Of a stretch of 64,000 bases of DNA, positions 30,305 through 42,297 are shown piece after piece (position 1 is the first letter of the stretch; every line of letters starts with the position of its first letter). The translations under genes and the position numbers were made by a program. This stretch comes from Nitrospirota bacterium (GTDB lineage Bacteria > Nitrospirota > UBA9217). The notes beneath the pieces were generated by a model. It worked only from the letters and a program-made list of their open reading frames with translations, was not told the origin of the DNA and ran no database searches. The stretch spans positions 96,001 through 160,000 of the forward strand of contig CAVWHO010000010.1 in the NCBI GenBank assembly GCA_963754875.1. Reading direction: 5' to 3'.

Positions 30305-30994
30305 ATGAACCGGCAAAAGGGCATCGGCCCTTTTGCCGGTCTTTTTTTCTTTGCATGGATAATATTCTTTTCAACACTTGTCTCTGCTGCACAAGACAAT
30401 CACGTCAAAATTCTCTATTTTTTCTCTCCCAGTTGCAAACATTGCATCGATGCAAAACCCTTTATCTTGGACTTAAGTAAAGAATACAGCATTGATGGTC
30501 TCCGATTCGGAGAGGGGACCTCCCCATCATTCCCCTTTCCCATACAAGCAGGGGATAAGAAGATAGCTCAAGGGACCTATGGCGTCCAGGGTGTCCCGAC
30601 ACTGGCAATCCTGATTGACGGCATGTACAGGCAAAAAATCGAAGGCATGCCGGATATTCAAGATGCAAAGGTTATCATAAAGGGATTGGCAAGCGGTGCG
30701 ATGACCGTGTCTGAGGCCGCACAAGAGGTGGACAAAGGGGAAATTACCGTCACCGGCTGGATCATTGCTAAAGGCGAATATTTCAAAAACGCCCGGTTTT
30801 TCCTCACGGACCGCAAAACCGAGCTCCCTATAAAGGCATGGCTTCCGCTTGAAGTCGTGAAGGGTCCTGTTCAGAAAAAGAGACCGAAGCTCATGTCCGA
30901 TGTAATTAAAAAGCCCGTCGTGCTCAAAGGACATTTCAGGAAGACTGCTGCAGGCAAGGTATTCTTTGTAAAAGCAGAGGTGCCTGTTGACTAA
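30305..30994 (+). CDS. Exported thioredoxin-fold protein (CKHC) with OB-fold-like C-terminal domain
   Basis: Signal peptide, FFSPSCKHC, YGVQGVPTL cis-Pro loop; ITVTGWI...FFLTD second domain. Confidence 0.8.
   Translation: MNRQKGIGPFAGLFFFAWIIFFSTLVSAAQDNHVKILYFFSPSCKHCIDAKPFILDLSKEYSIDGLRFGEGTSPSFPFPIQAGDKKIAQGTYGVQGVPTLAILIDGMYRQKIEGMPDIQDAKVIIKGLASGAMTVSEAAQEVDKGEITVTGWIIAKGEYFKNARFFLTDRKTELPIKAWLPLEVVKGPVQKKRPKLMSDVIKKPVVLKGHFRKTAAGKVFFVKAEVPVD
30309..30348 (+). terminator. Strong intrinsic terminator after the lipoprotein, overlapping the thioredoxin 5' end
   Basis: Perfect 14-bp stem accggcaaaagggc/atcg/gcccttttgccggt then cT7. Confidence 0.85.
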
Positions 30995-31019
30995 GCGATT
31001 TGATCGTCCGATCGTCTAG

Positions 31020-31793
31020 CTACTTCCCCTTGCTTTTCTGCCACAACTCTTCCATTTCGTCAACCGTCATGTCGTTCAACGATTTTCCTGCATCTACAAC
31101 TGATTCTTCGATAAAGCGGAAGCGCTCTATGAACTTACTGATGGTCTTCCGGAGCGCATTTTCAGGGTTTACCCCGAGGAACCGCGAAAGGTTCACGAGC
31201 ATGAAGAAAATGTCGCCAAGTTCTTCTTCGATGCCGGACGCGTCCTCCTGTTTGAGGGCTTCCTTGAACTCCGCAATTTCTTCATCAAGCTTGGGCAAGG
31301 CATCATCGATGCGGCTCCAGTCGAACCCAACCCGCGCGGCACGCTCCTGGATGCTGTGTGCGCGGAGGAGGGAGGGCAGGTGGAGGGGAACGCCTTCGAG
31401 GATCGATTTCCGCTGCTCGTAGCCTTTTTCCTTTTTCTTGATCTCTTCCCAGTTTGCAAGGACTTCCTTGTCGGTGCTGAGACGGGCGTCGCCGAACACG
31501 TGAGGATGACGGCGGGTCATCTTTTCGATGTTCGTCGTTATGACGTCCTGCAGCGAAAAGTGCCCCTGTTCCTCGGCGATGCGCGCGTGAAATACGATCT
31601 GAAACAGGAGGTCGCCGAGCTCTTCTTTTATTTTTTCCGGGGAACCTTCGTCCAGCGCATCGAGCACCTCGTAGCACTCTTCGATCAAAAAGGGTTTGAG
31701 CGACTCCGTGGTCTGTTTGCGGTCCCAGGGGCAGCCGTCCTGGCCCCTGAGTTTTGCCATGAGAGCAATAAGATCAGGCAGGTTATCTTTCAC
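31020..31793 (-). CDS. mazG: Nucleoside triphosphate pyrophosphohydrolase
   Basis: GCPWDRKQT, EELGDLL, RRHPHVFG, GFDW, second EELGD. Confidence 0.96.
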   Translation of the reverse strand: MKDNLPDLIALMAKLRGQDGCPWDRKQTTESLKPFLIEECYEVLDALDEGSPEKIKEELGDLLFQIVFHARIAEEQGHFSLQDVITTNIEKMTRRHPHVFGDARLSTDKEVLANWEEIKKKEKGYEQRKSILEGVPLHLPSLLRAHSIQERAARVGFDWSRIDDALPKLDEEIAEFKEALKQEDASGIEEELGDIFFMLVNLSRFLGVNPENALRKTISKFIERFRFIEESVVDAGKSLNDMTVDEMEELWQKSKGK

Positions 31794-31963
31794 AAAACAC
31801 CTCGTACATGTAAGTTTTTACTGAGTGAAGCCCCTCTATCGAGACACCAGTACCTTACACAAACGCTTTTTTGTTTGCAAGCTTTTTCCTTGAATTATGA
31901 GAGCTTTATATGGTAATGTTACGCAGTTGCTCGTTCACCATCGATTTCGAAAGGAGACTTGAT

Positions 31964-32374
31964 ATGTTACGGAAGATATCCTATGCGCTCGTGATCGCCG
32001 CTGCATTCATCCTGCTGACCGCAATGGGCAGCACAGGAGGGTTTGAGCGCGCACCGCGCGTGGAAAAGAACTTTCCTGTGGTCGTGACCGATGCGACGGG
32101 CGTGAAAATCGACGGTGAGAAATTCAGCTGGGAGGGCCGACTCCATTTCACGGGGTATAAAGGCATGGCCCAGGTGAACATCCCTTTCGAAAAGGTGCAG
32201 GATCTGACCGTCGGGCAGAAGGCTGACCGGAAGATCACGGTCACCGTACATCTTTCGGACGGGACCGAATCCAGTTTCGATATCGATGCAAAATCGAGGT
32301 GCTTCGGAGAAGCATCGTTCGGAAGCTTTATGCTCCAGATGGACGAGATCAAGTCAGTGGCTTTTAAAAAATAG
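31964..32374 (+). CDS. Exported hypothetical protein
   Basis: RBS aggag, signal-like N-terminus, beta-rich. Confidence 0.75.
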   Translation: MLRKISYALVIAAAFILLTAMGSTGGFERAPRVEKNFPVVVTDATGVKIDGEKFSWEGRLHFTGYKGMAQVNIPFEKVQDLTVGQKADRKITVTVHLSDGTESSFDIDAKSRCFGEASFGSFMLQMDEIKSVAFKK

Positions 32375-32575
32375 CTCTCCCCTGAGGAAGTATGCCTGCC
32401 CCAAGGACCCCCAAGGATTATTGAGGTTCCCCTCAGGACGTGTGACGATTTTTTTTAAAAAATACTCCGTATCGATAAAAATGCTGTGATAGTTAGCAAC
32501 TGCTCGCTCTGAATTCTTTTTTTTTACGTATTCGGTTTCCTCAGCATCAACTACTGACCTTTCAAGTGTTTTTTC

Positions 32576-35152
32576 ATGAACGGCTTGAATCAAAAAACAA
32601 CAATATCGCTTTCCAGCGTCATCAAAGCCCAACTGGGGGAAGAAAACGCAGAGATCCGGCGCGTTCATTTCTCCGGCGCAGGCGGGAACGAAGTGGTCCA
32701 GCGACGTACGGGCTTGATTGACCGGGTGCTCCGCGATGTCCATGCCCATCTCTCCTCCGCTGGACGCATGCCGTCATTGATCGCTATTGGCGGCTACGGG
32801 AGGGGGGAATTAAACCCCTATTCCGACATCGACATCCTTTTTCTCTGCCGGGATGAAGGCGACAGAAACCGCGCACCGGACATGCTTTATGTGCTGTGGG
32901 ATGCGGGACTGGACATAGGATACAGCGTCCGGACCATAAGGGAGTGCGTTTCGCTCGCACGGCAGGACATTAAAATCAGGACATCACTTCTTGAATCCCG
33001 CTTTATTGCCGGCGACCGGGACCTGTACACGGCCTTTCTGCAATCTATGCGAAGCGACGTTTTCTACTGGAAAGCGTCGGCGTTCATCACGGAAAAAATC
33101 GTTGAACGGAATGCGACGCGCAGAAAGTACGGAGGTTCCATCTACCTGCGCGAACCGAATATCAAAGAAGGCGAGGGCGGTCTCCGCGATGTACATACGG
33201 CATTATGGATCGCCTTTGTTCATTTCCGCATCAATTCGCTCGGCGAACTCGTGTCACTGGGCATAATCACCGAAGGACAGTATGCGGTGTTCCTCCGGTC
33301 CCGGAACTTTCTCTGGAGACTCAGAAACGAGCTCCATTACCTGTCCGTCCGCAAGAATGATCACATGACGTTCGACCTCCAGGAACGGGCAGCCTTGGAC
33401 TTCCGGTATCGCGATTCCGCCCACCTCTATGCCGTCGAACGTTTTATGAAGGCCTATTTCCTTCATGCCCGCACTATCCGGGAATTTTCCAACATCGTCA
33501 TCAATGCCGTGCTCCCGAGGCCGACGCGTCGCTGGTATTATCGAAGAACTTCTCTCGGGGCATTCTCCCTCGTGGGCAAGACGCTCTTCCTTGCTTCAGA
33601 CCAGGCATGTAACCACGACCATGCCCTCGTTCTGTCGGCATTTGAACTGGTCCAGTCTCACCATGCAGCGTTTTCTGAACAATTACGAGAACTGATTAAA
33701 AAATGCCGGATCGATGACGTGGTCAGGACGTCTCCTGTTGCAGCGAGCAGTTTTATCGCCGTCCTGGACAATCTCGATGGATTGTCTGAAACGCTCAACC
33801 TGATGAAGGACCTGCGTTTTCTCGGCCGCTATCTCCCGGAATTTCGCGCCATTCAGGCCCTTGCCCGGCATGACTATTACCATTTGTACACCGTGGACGA
33901 ACATATCCTCCTCGCCGTAAGAAAACTGCAGGACCTGTGGAACGCCAGTCTTTCGGGGCCGATAACGCTCTCCGACGCATTGAAGGGACTGAACAAGAAA
34001 TGGGTCCTCGTTCTCGCCGTGTTGCTCCATGACCTGGGCAAAGCATTTCGTCACGATCACGCGTTGAAGGGAACGGAAATAGCTGAGGTCGTTCTCGACC
34101 GTTTGAGGGTAAGGGGAGAGGAGCGTGAACGGATCCTTTTCCTTATCAAAAACCACCTCGTCATGGCCTCGTTATCGCAAAGGCGTGAACTTACGGACAG
34201 GAAGGTGATTGCCGACTTTTCGAAGCTCGTCCAGGATCGGGAGAACCTCGCCATGCTGTACCTTCTTACGTACGCCGACATCTCCTCCGTCAATCCTCAT
34301 GCCTGGACGCAGTGGAAAGCGGTTCTCTTGCAGGACCTGTACGTTAAGACACTGAACTATCTCGACAAAAAAGCGCTGGTAGGCGAAGAAGACATGGCGC
34401 GATTGGCATCAATGATCGCCAGGATCAAAGAAGCGGCACGGGGAAGGTATTCTGCAGAAACGGTCGGTTTTTTTTTGTCGGTCATGTCGGACCAGTACAT
34501 TCTTTCGACGTCGCTCAATAAAATACTGGACCACCTGGGGATGCTGCTGCGACTTCCCCAGGAACAGCTCGTTATCCAGCACCGGCATTATCCCGAAAAG
34601 GGATACACGGAATTGACGGTATGCGCTTACGACGCCTATGGCATGTTTTACCGGACCGCAGGCACCATCGCTTCCAAGAACCTGAACATCCTCCGGGCGC
34701 AGGTTTATACTTCGAAAAGCGGCGTTATGATCGATACGTTCCAGATAACCGATCCGGCCGGTAAACTCTATGAGTATGAAGACGCATGGAAGAGCGTTCT
34801 GCAGGATCTCCGTAATGCGCTCATGAACAAAGCACGGCCGCCTGAAACGGGCCAGTACGCGTCTGTTCCGAGGCTGACAACGACGATCACGCCCGAAGTG
34901 GAATTCGACAATGATACCTCGGAAGCCTTTACGATCATCGATATCACGGCCCGCGACCGCGTAGGGTTCCTGTATCAAGTGACGAAGGCCCTCTATGACC
35001 TTAATCTGGACATAGCGTCGGCAAAGATCGTGACCGAAGGTTCACGGGTCATGGATTCTTTTTATGTCAGTGACCTTCTGCGCAGAAAAGTTGTTGAACC
35101 CGATCGGTTGGGAAAAATAAAAGAGACGTTGTTAACGGTGTTAAAATCGTAA
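32576..35152 (+). CDS. glnD: PII uridylyltransferase
   Basis: GGYGRGEL.PYSDID, EPNIKEGEGGLRD, HLYTVDEH, LLHDLGK, two ACT domains. Confidence 0.96.
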   Translation: MNGLNQKTTISLSSVIKAQLGEENAEIRRVHFSGAGGNEVVQRRTGLIDRVLRDVHAHLSSAGRMPSLIAIGGYGRGELNPYSDIDILFLCRDEGDRNRAPDMLYVLWDAGLDIGYSVRTIRECVSLARQDIKIRTSLLESRFIAGDRDLYTAFLQSMRSDVFYWKASAFITEKIVERNATRRKYGGSIYLREPNIKEGEGGLRDVHTALWIAFVHFRINSLGELVSLGIITEGQYAVFLRSRNFLWRLRNELHYLSVRKNDHMTFDLQERAALDFRYRDSAHLYAVERFMKAYFLHARTIREFSNIVINAVLPRPTRRWYYRRTSLGAFSLVGKTLFLASDQACNHDHALVLSAFELVQSHHAAFSEQLRELIKKCRIDDVVRTSPVAASSFIAVLDNLDGLSETLNLMKDLRFLGRYLPEFRAIQALARHDYYHLYTVDEHILLAVRKLQDLWNASLSGPITLSDALKGLNKKWVLVLAVLLHDLGKAFRHDHALKGTEIAEVVLDRLRVRGEERERILFLIKNHLVMASLSQRRELTDRKVIADFSKLVQDRENLAMLYLLTYADISSVNPHAWTQWKAVLLQDLYVKTLNYLDKKALVGEEDMARLASMIARIKEAARGRYSAETVGFFLSVMSDQYILSTSLNKILDHLGMLLRLPQEQLVIQHRHYPEKGYTELTVCAYDAYGMFYRTAGTIASKNLNILRAQVYTSKSGVMIDTFQITDPAGKLYEYEDAWKSVLQDLRNALMNKARPPETGQYASVPRLTTTITPEVEFDNDTSEAFTIIDITARDRVGFLYQVTKALYDLNLDIASAKIVTEGSRVMDSFYVSDLLRRKVVEPDRLGKIKETLLTVLKS

Positions 35153-35318
35153 GCCATGTCCGGGCAGTCCGGGCAGTTCCGGGAACACATGATGACGGCT
35201 TGAGAAATCCGCACAGCGGTTTATTGCAGCCATAAGAAGTGGCTCTGTCTGCAAGTGTTAATTTTATTTTCTGGTCCGATCTGCCGTCGGTTTATGTTAT
35301 AAGCTTCGCGAATATTCT

Positions 35319-38300
35319 ATGAAGAAAATCGTAATCGTCATATCGATCATCCTGCTCGCTGCACTTGCAGCTGTGGAAACCTACGTACAGAGCCATGCCT
35401 TTGCCGGACGGATCAGGGCCTCTGTAGTCGGTCCCTTGAAGGAGATCCTGGGGGCCGATGCCGAAATCGGTCTTGTACGTGCCAATTTGTTTCCTCCTTA
35501 TTTGGAAATTCGCGATGTAGCGCTGCCCGATCTGCAGGGCCGGCGGGCAATTACCGTTCGAAAAATCACGATCTATATCAACCCGCTGCCGCTCATTTTC
35601 AAAAAAATCAGGCTTCCTTATATTTCCGTGCTCGAACCGCACATCCAGGCGGAACGCGGACAGGACGGCGCGGTCAACCTTGCGCCGATTATCGAGAAGA
35701 TTTTGTCGAACATCAACCGCTCTTCTTCGGGTGCTTCGTCGGGTTTCAGCCTGATGCTTCGCACGATATCGATCCAAAACGCCCGAATGGAATTCAAGGA
35801 CACGGCGACATCGACACGGTTTAACGTTGCGGGGCTCACGATATCCGCACGGGCAAACCTTAAGAACGACCGTATTCAGGTTTCCCTCGCGAGTTCAAAG
35901 CTCCGGATGTCCGCTCCTGCGTACCCGGAGATCGTCGGCGCAATTAAGGCAGTTGCAAAATATGACCGCGGACAGTTGCATCTGGATTCCCTTGATTTCA
36001 AATCCGGGGACGCGTACCTTTCCCTGTCCGGCGACATAGGGCCTCTGCCTGATGCTGTCCTTGATCTGAGAGGCAGAATCCGGTCCGGCCCGCAGACGAT
36101 CAACAGGCTTTCTGACCTGTTGCAGCCGCCGGCAAAGCAGAAAGGGGCCCACATCGAAGCCTCGGTCATTGTTAAAGGAAAGGCGTTTGCCCCGCAAATA
36201 GACGGTGATTGCAGGTTCCATGATGTCTCATTTCACGGAATAATTCTGAAGGAAGCGGTGTTGTTTTTTCAATACCGCGACCATGCCGTGGAGCTCAAGG
36301 GCGAGAACTGGCGTCTGGCAAACAACAACAGAGTACTGCAAATAGACAGCGTCATGGCCGCTCTCGCGTATGAACGGGGAGGGCTGCAAGTGCGGCCCTT
36401 CGAGATAAAAGCTGGAGATCTGACAGTCCAGATTCAGGGAAGGGCCGACCCGTTAACCGGTTTTGCAATGACCCTGTCCGCAATGTCCTCGGGGTCGGGA
36501 CAAGCCCTCTCATTTTTTACTTCCCTCCCGGTAGAAGGAAAAATACGATTGGAGGGCAACATCAGCGGCCCGCTGGCCGCGCCGGTCATCAACGGCTCGG
36601 TTTCTGCCGGGCCTGTTACGGTGAGGAAAATCCTTTTCAACGATGTACAAGGGGACATTGAATACCGGGACAAGAAACTCAAAGTTACGTCCGTGCGTAT
36701 ACACCAGCAGTCTTCCCGCTATATCTTCGACGGAATGGCTGACTTCCATGAAAAAGAACCTCTCTACACTGCACGGCTGCAGGTGCTGCAGTCTGATGTG
36801 GTGAGCGTCGTCGCCCTTTTTTATGAGCCCATTCCGATCACCATGACGGCGAAAGGCGTGCTCTCGTTTCTGGGGTCCGGTTCCAACTACTCCGGCAGCG
36901 GTTATCTTACGTTCGATGCAGGCAGAGGCATACGGGGAGTCGTTTACAAGGGGTACGATAACGGCATCGCTAACTACCGGGAAAATATCCTTTCCCCAGG
37001 TCACGCTTTACAAGGACAAGGGATTCGTAAAAGGTACCGGCTGGATCGGGTTTGACGGGACCTACTCCACAAACATCGAAAGCAGTGACCTTAACCCTAC
37101 AGCAATCGATCATCTGTCCGGGGTTGCTCTGGCCGGCGATTGTACGTTGTCCCTTCGTTCTTCCGGCAGCTTTTCCGTTCCGGTAGTTACCGCGTCCCTC
37201 GACGTGGGAGATCTGTCCATCCGCCAGGTCCGCTTGGGCAGTATGCGTGCTGTAGGCGCTATAAAAGACGGGCAGTTAAATGTGTCCGCTAGTCTGCCGG
37301 AAGGGCGCGCCCGTCTGTCAGCCCGCTGCACGCTCCGGAAGCCCTATGCCTGGTCTGCAGACGGAAACATTGACGTCGACGGAATCGACCCGCTTCAGCT
37401 CTTTGGGAAAAAGGATGGTTCGGACAAAATGCGGGTTCTTACAAAAGGCGCCATCAGCCTCCGCGGTAATGGACTGGATCTTTCCTCTCTCAACGGCGAA
37501 GCGGTCTTTCCTTCAGTCGGCATCGTCATCGGCGATTACCGGATCGACAACGAATCGGATGCCATATTTTCCATGACAAACGGACGGTTTGCCGTCAAAT
37601 CTTTAAAATTCTCGGGCCCGGGAACACGGATCAGCATTACCGGGAACACACGTATACTGTCCACTATTGATGTGACGGTTGTGGGGCATGCCGACCTCTC
37701 TTTGTTGAAACTCCTGTACCGGGAAATAGAACACGCAGCGGGTACCGCCGAAGTAAAACTTGCGATCAAGGATGAATGGACAAGTCCGGACGTGGCAGGA
37801 GAACTTCGTCTGCAAAATGGCGAGATCAAAATGAAAGATATCCCGCAGAAGTTTACGGCCCTGAATGGTAAGATCACCTTCACCCAAGGCAGGATCGTAG
37901 CCGATTCGGTTACCGGCGAAATGGGCGGCGGTAAGCTTAGCATGTCCGGTTGGGCGCAGCTTTCCGGGTTCAGCCTCCAGGATTTTTCAACAAAAGCGAC
38001 CGTGGACAACGTGACGGTCCGCTATCCTGAGGGCCTGACCTCGACACTGTCCGGCAATCTGTACTATGATGGAAACGTCTCGGCACAGTCGCTTTCCGGT
38101 GATATTATGATAAAACAAGCGCGATACGACAAATGGATAGAATGGAAGAGCATGATGGTCGATATCGGAAGAGGGCTTTATCAAAAAAAGAAGGCTGATA
38201 TCGGCTGGATCGGCGACACACAGATCAATGTTCGCTTTCACGGCACGGACAGCATCGTATTCCAGAATAATTTTGCCAATCTGCTGCTTGAAGTCGATGT

Positions 38301-38946
38301 GTTTCTTCGGGGCACGGTAAACCATCCGCAACTGCTCGGGCGGATCGAAGCGCGAAAAGGAACGGTGTATTTCCGGAAGAATGAATTCAAGATCCTGAGC
38401 GCTTCAGCAGATTTTATAGATCCGAACCGGATGAACCCGGTCCTTGACATCCAGGCAGAAACACAGGTAAAGGAATATTTAATCAGGCTGGCGGTCACCG
38501 GCACCGCCGATCGGGCATCCGTAACGCTTATGTCCGATCCCGCCCTCATCGATACGGACATCTTGAGCATGCTCGCCCTCGGCAAACTGGGATCAGAATT
38601 GAAGGGGAAGGAGACCGGTGTGGGAGTAGGCGAGGCCACATCCTTTGCCACGGGCCAGTTCCAGGACTTTGTTGAACGGCACACGAGAGGCCTAACCGGC
38701 CTTGACCGCTTCCAGATAGACCCTTACGTGAGCAAGAGCGACACGTCGGTGCCGCGGGTGACCGCGGGCAAGGAACTCGTTCAAAACAAGCTCTATGTAA
38801 CGTATTCATCGAACGTGGGGGCCTCGACACCGGAACAGATTTTTAGTATCGAGTATCTTATCGACAAACATTTCTCACTCGTCGGCGAGCGGAATGACTT
38901 GGGGAACACGGGTGCGGACATCAAGTACCGGTTTGTGTTCCAGTAA
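35319..38946 (+). CDS. tamB: TamB/AsmA-family protein (frameshift ~36920)
   Basis: N-terminal TM, long beta-rich body, NPVLDI and GADIKYRF C-terminal TamB domain. Confidence 0.85.
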
Positions 38947-39096
38947 ACAGACGAAAAATAGCGGCAAGAGCGACCGGAGATCAACGGATTAAAAAAGTTT
39001 GCCTGTGCTGAACGACCTGCAGTTTATTTTTTTACGATGTCTCTCTTGAACCAAGGGACTTGGACTTTCTACCACAATTTCAAATTCCCCATTTGT

Positions 39097-41783
39097 TTAA
39101 TGCGCCTGATCCCAGTTTTTCCCGATCCCCATGTCGACTTTGATGGGGACGGCCAGTTTGAGAACTCCTTCCATTTCTTCCCTTGCCAGTTCCTTCATCG
39201 TCTCGATTTCCTGATCGGGGACTTCAAAGACCAGCTCATCATGGACTTGGAGGATCATCTTGGAGCGCATCTCCTCCCGCTCAAGTCGGCGTTGGATATT
39301 GATCATCGCCAGTTTGATGAGGTCTGCCGCCGTCCCCTGAATCGGCGTGTTGACGGCCATACGCTCTCCGAAGTTGCGGACCGCGACGACAGATGATGCC
39401 AGTTCGGGGATGAATCTCCGCCTGCCGAATAGTGTAGTAACATACCCCTTTGTCTTCGCGGTTTCGATGGTCCGGTTGATGAATTCGCGCACTTGGGGAT
39501 AGCGTGCAAAGTAACTGTCAATATATCGCTTGGCTTCATTAGTTGAAACCCCGATGTCCTGTGCAAGTCCGAATGCGGAAATTCCGTAAATGATACCGAA
39601 ATTGACCGCCTTTGCCTTGCGTCGCATCTCGGGCGTGATGTCATCAGGTGCGAGGCTGAAGATCTCAGACGCGGTGCGTGTATGGACGTCCTCGTCAGTC
39701 TGGAATGTACGGATCAGACCCTGGTCTTCACTCATATGGGCAAGTATGCGTAGCTCGATCTGTGAATAGTCTGCAGAGATGCAGGCTCGATCCTCGTTCA
39801 GCAATGAATGCCTGCCTGATTTCTCTCCCTACCCCGGTCCGAATGGGGATGTTCTGAAGATTCGGGTCGCTGCTCGAAAGGCGGCCTGTGGCAGTGACGG
39901 TCTGATTGAGCGACGTGTGAAGTCTGCCTGTTTTCGGGTTAATCATTTCAGGCAAGCGCGTCGACATAGGTTGATTTGAGCTTGGCGAGAGTGCGGTATT
40001 TCAGAATTTCAGCCGGCAGCGGGTGGACGCTGGCAAGCTCTTCGAGTACGTCTACGTTCGTTGAAAAACCGGTTTTTGTTTTTTTCAGCGGCGTGAGCTG
40101 CAGCTTTACGAACAGGATATCGGCAAGCTGTTTGGGAGAATTAATGTTGAATTCCGCACCGGCCAGCTCATAAATGGTTTTTTCGATTCCGACGATTTCG
40201 TTCCCGAGTTTGACGGACATGTTATTCAGAAATTCGGCGTCGATCTTGACGCCGATGCGTTCCATGTCCGCGAGGACTTCCATGAGCGGCATTTCCATGT
40301 CCTCGAACAACTTGTCGAGGTTCTGCTCTTTGAGCAGGGGGGCCAGTGTCTGCTTGAGACGCAACGTAATGTCCGCATCTTCCCCGGAATACCTGGTCGC
40401 AATCGAAATGTCGACTGCGGAAAAACCGATCTGCTTTTTCCCCGATCCGGCCACTTCGGCATAGGTCGTGGTCTTATAGTTCAGGTACTCGAGGGCGATC
40501 GCTTCGAGGCCATGCGAGGGTTTGCCTGGGTTCAAAAGATACGATGCAATCATGGTATCGAACGCAATGCCTTTGACCGTAATGCCGTAATGGCCGAGCA
40601 CGAGCAAGTCATATTTGACGTTCTGACCGATCTTTTTGATCCCGGGATTTTCCATGACCGGTTTGAGCAGGGAGAGCGCGCGTTCGTGGGTAATTTGCTG
40701 CTGAACTCCGGGATAAACGTGGCCCAGGGGAAGATAATAGGCATGGTAGGGTTTCAGTGCAAGCGATATGCCGACCAACTCGGCCTGCATAGGGTCGATC
40801 GATGTTGTTTCTGTATCGAAGCAGAATTCTTCTGCTGAAGAGAGCAGCGTTACCAAATCCCGCAGTTCGGCTTCTTGGAGGACGGTTTCGTATTTTGCTT
40901 CTTGCCCCGGTTCCTGAGTAACATATTTCAAGAGGGTGGTGAATTCGAGTTCTTTCAGCAGCCTGAGCAGCGCGGCATTGTCCGGCGATTTTAATTTCAG
41001 GTCATCATAGCTGACGTCAAGCAGTACGTCTGCACGGAGGAGGGCAAGCTCCCGGCTCAGTCGGGCAAGGTGGGAGAATTCAAGCAGGGACTGCCTCAGT
41101 TTGGGTTTGGTGATTTCCGGAGCGTGCGCCAGGACACTTTCAATCGTACCGTACTGTTTGATGAGCGCCTGTGCTGTCTTTTCACCGATACCGGGTACGC
41201 CGGGGATATTGTCGGCTGCATCTCCCATGAGACCCATGATCTCGATTATGCGGTCAGGCGGCACGCCGAACCGCTCTTCGACATCAGCCCGCTCATATAC
41301 TTTATCCTTGAGTGTATCGTAAACTTTGATATGTGGACCGACGAGCTGAAGGATGTCCTTGTCCCCGGTGACGATGGTAACGTCCATCCCATCTTTCTCG
41401 GCTTTGAGCGCCAATGTTGCGATAACATCGTCGGCTTCCTGGCCTTCCTGCACAAACACCGGGATGCGAAAAGCCTCTACCAGCTTATGAATGTAGGGTA
41501 TCTGAGAAACGAGGTCTTTGGGCATGGGGGGACGATGCGCTTTATACTCCTTGAATTCAAGATGTCTTCTGGTCGGACCCTTGGGGTCAAATACGAGTGC
41601 AAGCTGATCCGGAGATTTTTCCTTGATGACCTTGAGAAGCATATTTGCGAAGCCGAAAACTGCATTCGTCGGCAAACCGGATGAGTTAGTCAGACCCCGA
41701 ACGGCATAATATGCCCTATAGATATACGAATTACCGTCGATGATGTAAAGTGCCGCTCTACTACTGTTTCTGTTTTTTTCCAT
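39097..41783 (-). CDS. polA: DNA polymerase I (two probable sequencing frameshifts ~39960, ~39790)
   Basis: 5'-3' exonuclease [50 protein letters not shown]. Confidence 0.97.
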
Positions 41784-42065
41784 AGATCCCCAACAGGACT
41801 TCCCTACTTACCTATAAAAAATAAAAAAACGAGTGGCAGGTGAAAAAACGAGGCGAGCGAGTGTGTCTGGCATCGCTTGCATTTGGTCCTACACTGCTCA
41901 ATCCCGGAGCGCGACATGTTATTCAATTGTGTATAGGCCGCTAAACAGTCAATCAACTCAAATGCGTTCTTCGAAAGATGAGCAATCTCTGCACACGAAA
42001 AATAATCGAGTTTTCGAAGATTTAATTGTCCAGGAAACACCGACGGCGACCAAAAGAATAATGTC

Positions 42066-42087
42066 TATCACATTTGATGTTGTGATA
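42066..42087. promoter_or_regulatory. Palindromic operator or enhancer candidate
   Basis: TATCACA-N8-TGTGATA. Confidence 0.5.
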
Positions 42088-42242
42088 TTCAGCATGATTC
42101 GGACATCAGAGGACGTCGAGATTATATTTGCTGGTGGTTTTCGCTCAAGGTGCTCACTTATGCTCAAATAAATATTATTTATTCAGGCGGCATAATACCT
42201 ACAACTGTTTGAAAAATAAATAAAAAAACAAACAAATTTTTT

Positions 42243-42258
42243 TGGTACTTATTTTGCA
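42243..42258 (+). promoter_or_regulatory. Sigma54 -24/-12 promoter candidate for comFB
   Basis: TGGTACTTATTTTGCA (GG-N10-GC), 40 nt before the ATG. Confidence 0.6.
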
Positions 42259-42297
42259 ATGTGGTCATCGGAAAAAATATTATTCGCCGGGGCCGCT

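Noticed and set aside
32381..32437. cctgagg/cctcagg inverted repeat enclosing ccccaagga twice
   Set aside because: Too short to distinguish from chance
35158..35185. tccgggcag tandem repeats after glnD
   Set aside because: Two to three 9-mers without spacers; not CRISPR-like
41868..41881. tggcatcgcttgca as a sigma54 promoter
   Set aside because: GG-GC spacing is 8
41804..42171. Overlapping short ORFs between polA and comFB
   Set aside because: No RBS or motifs; region is better explained as regulatory DNA
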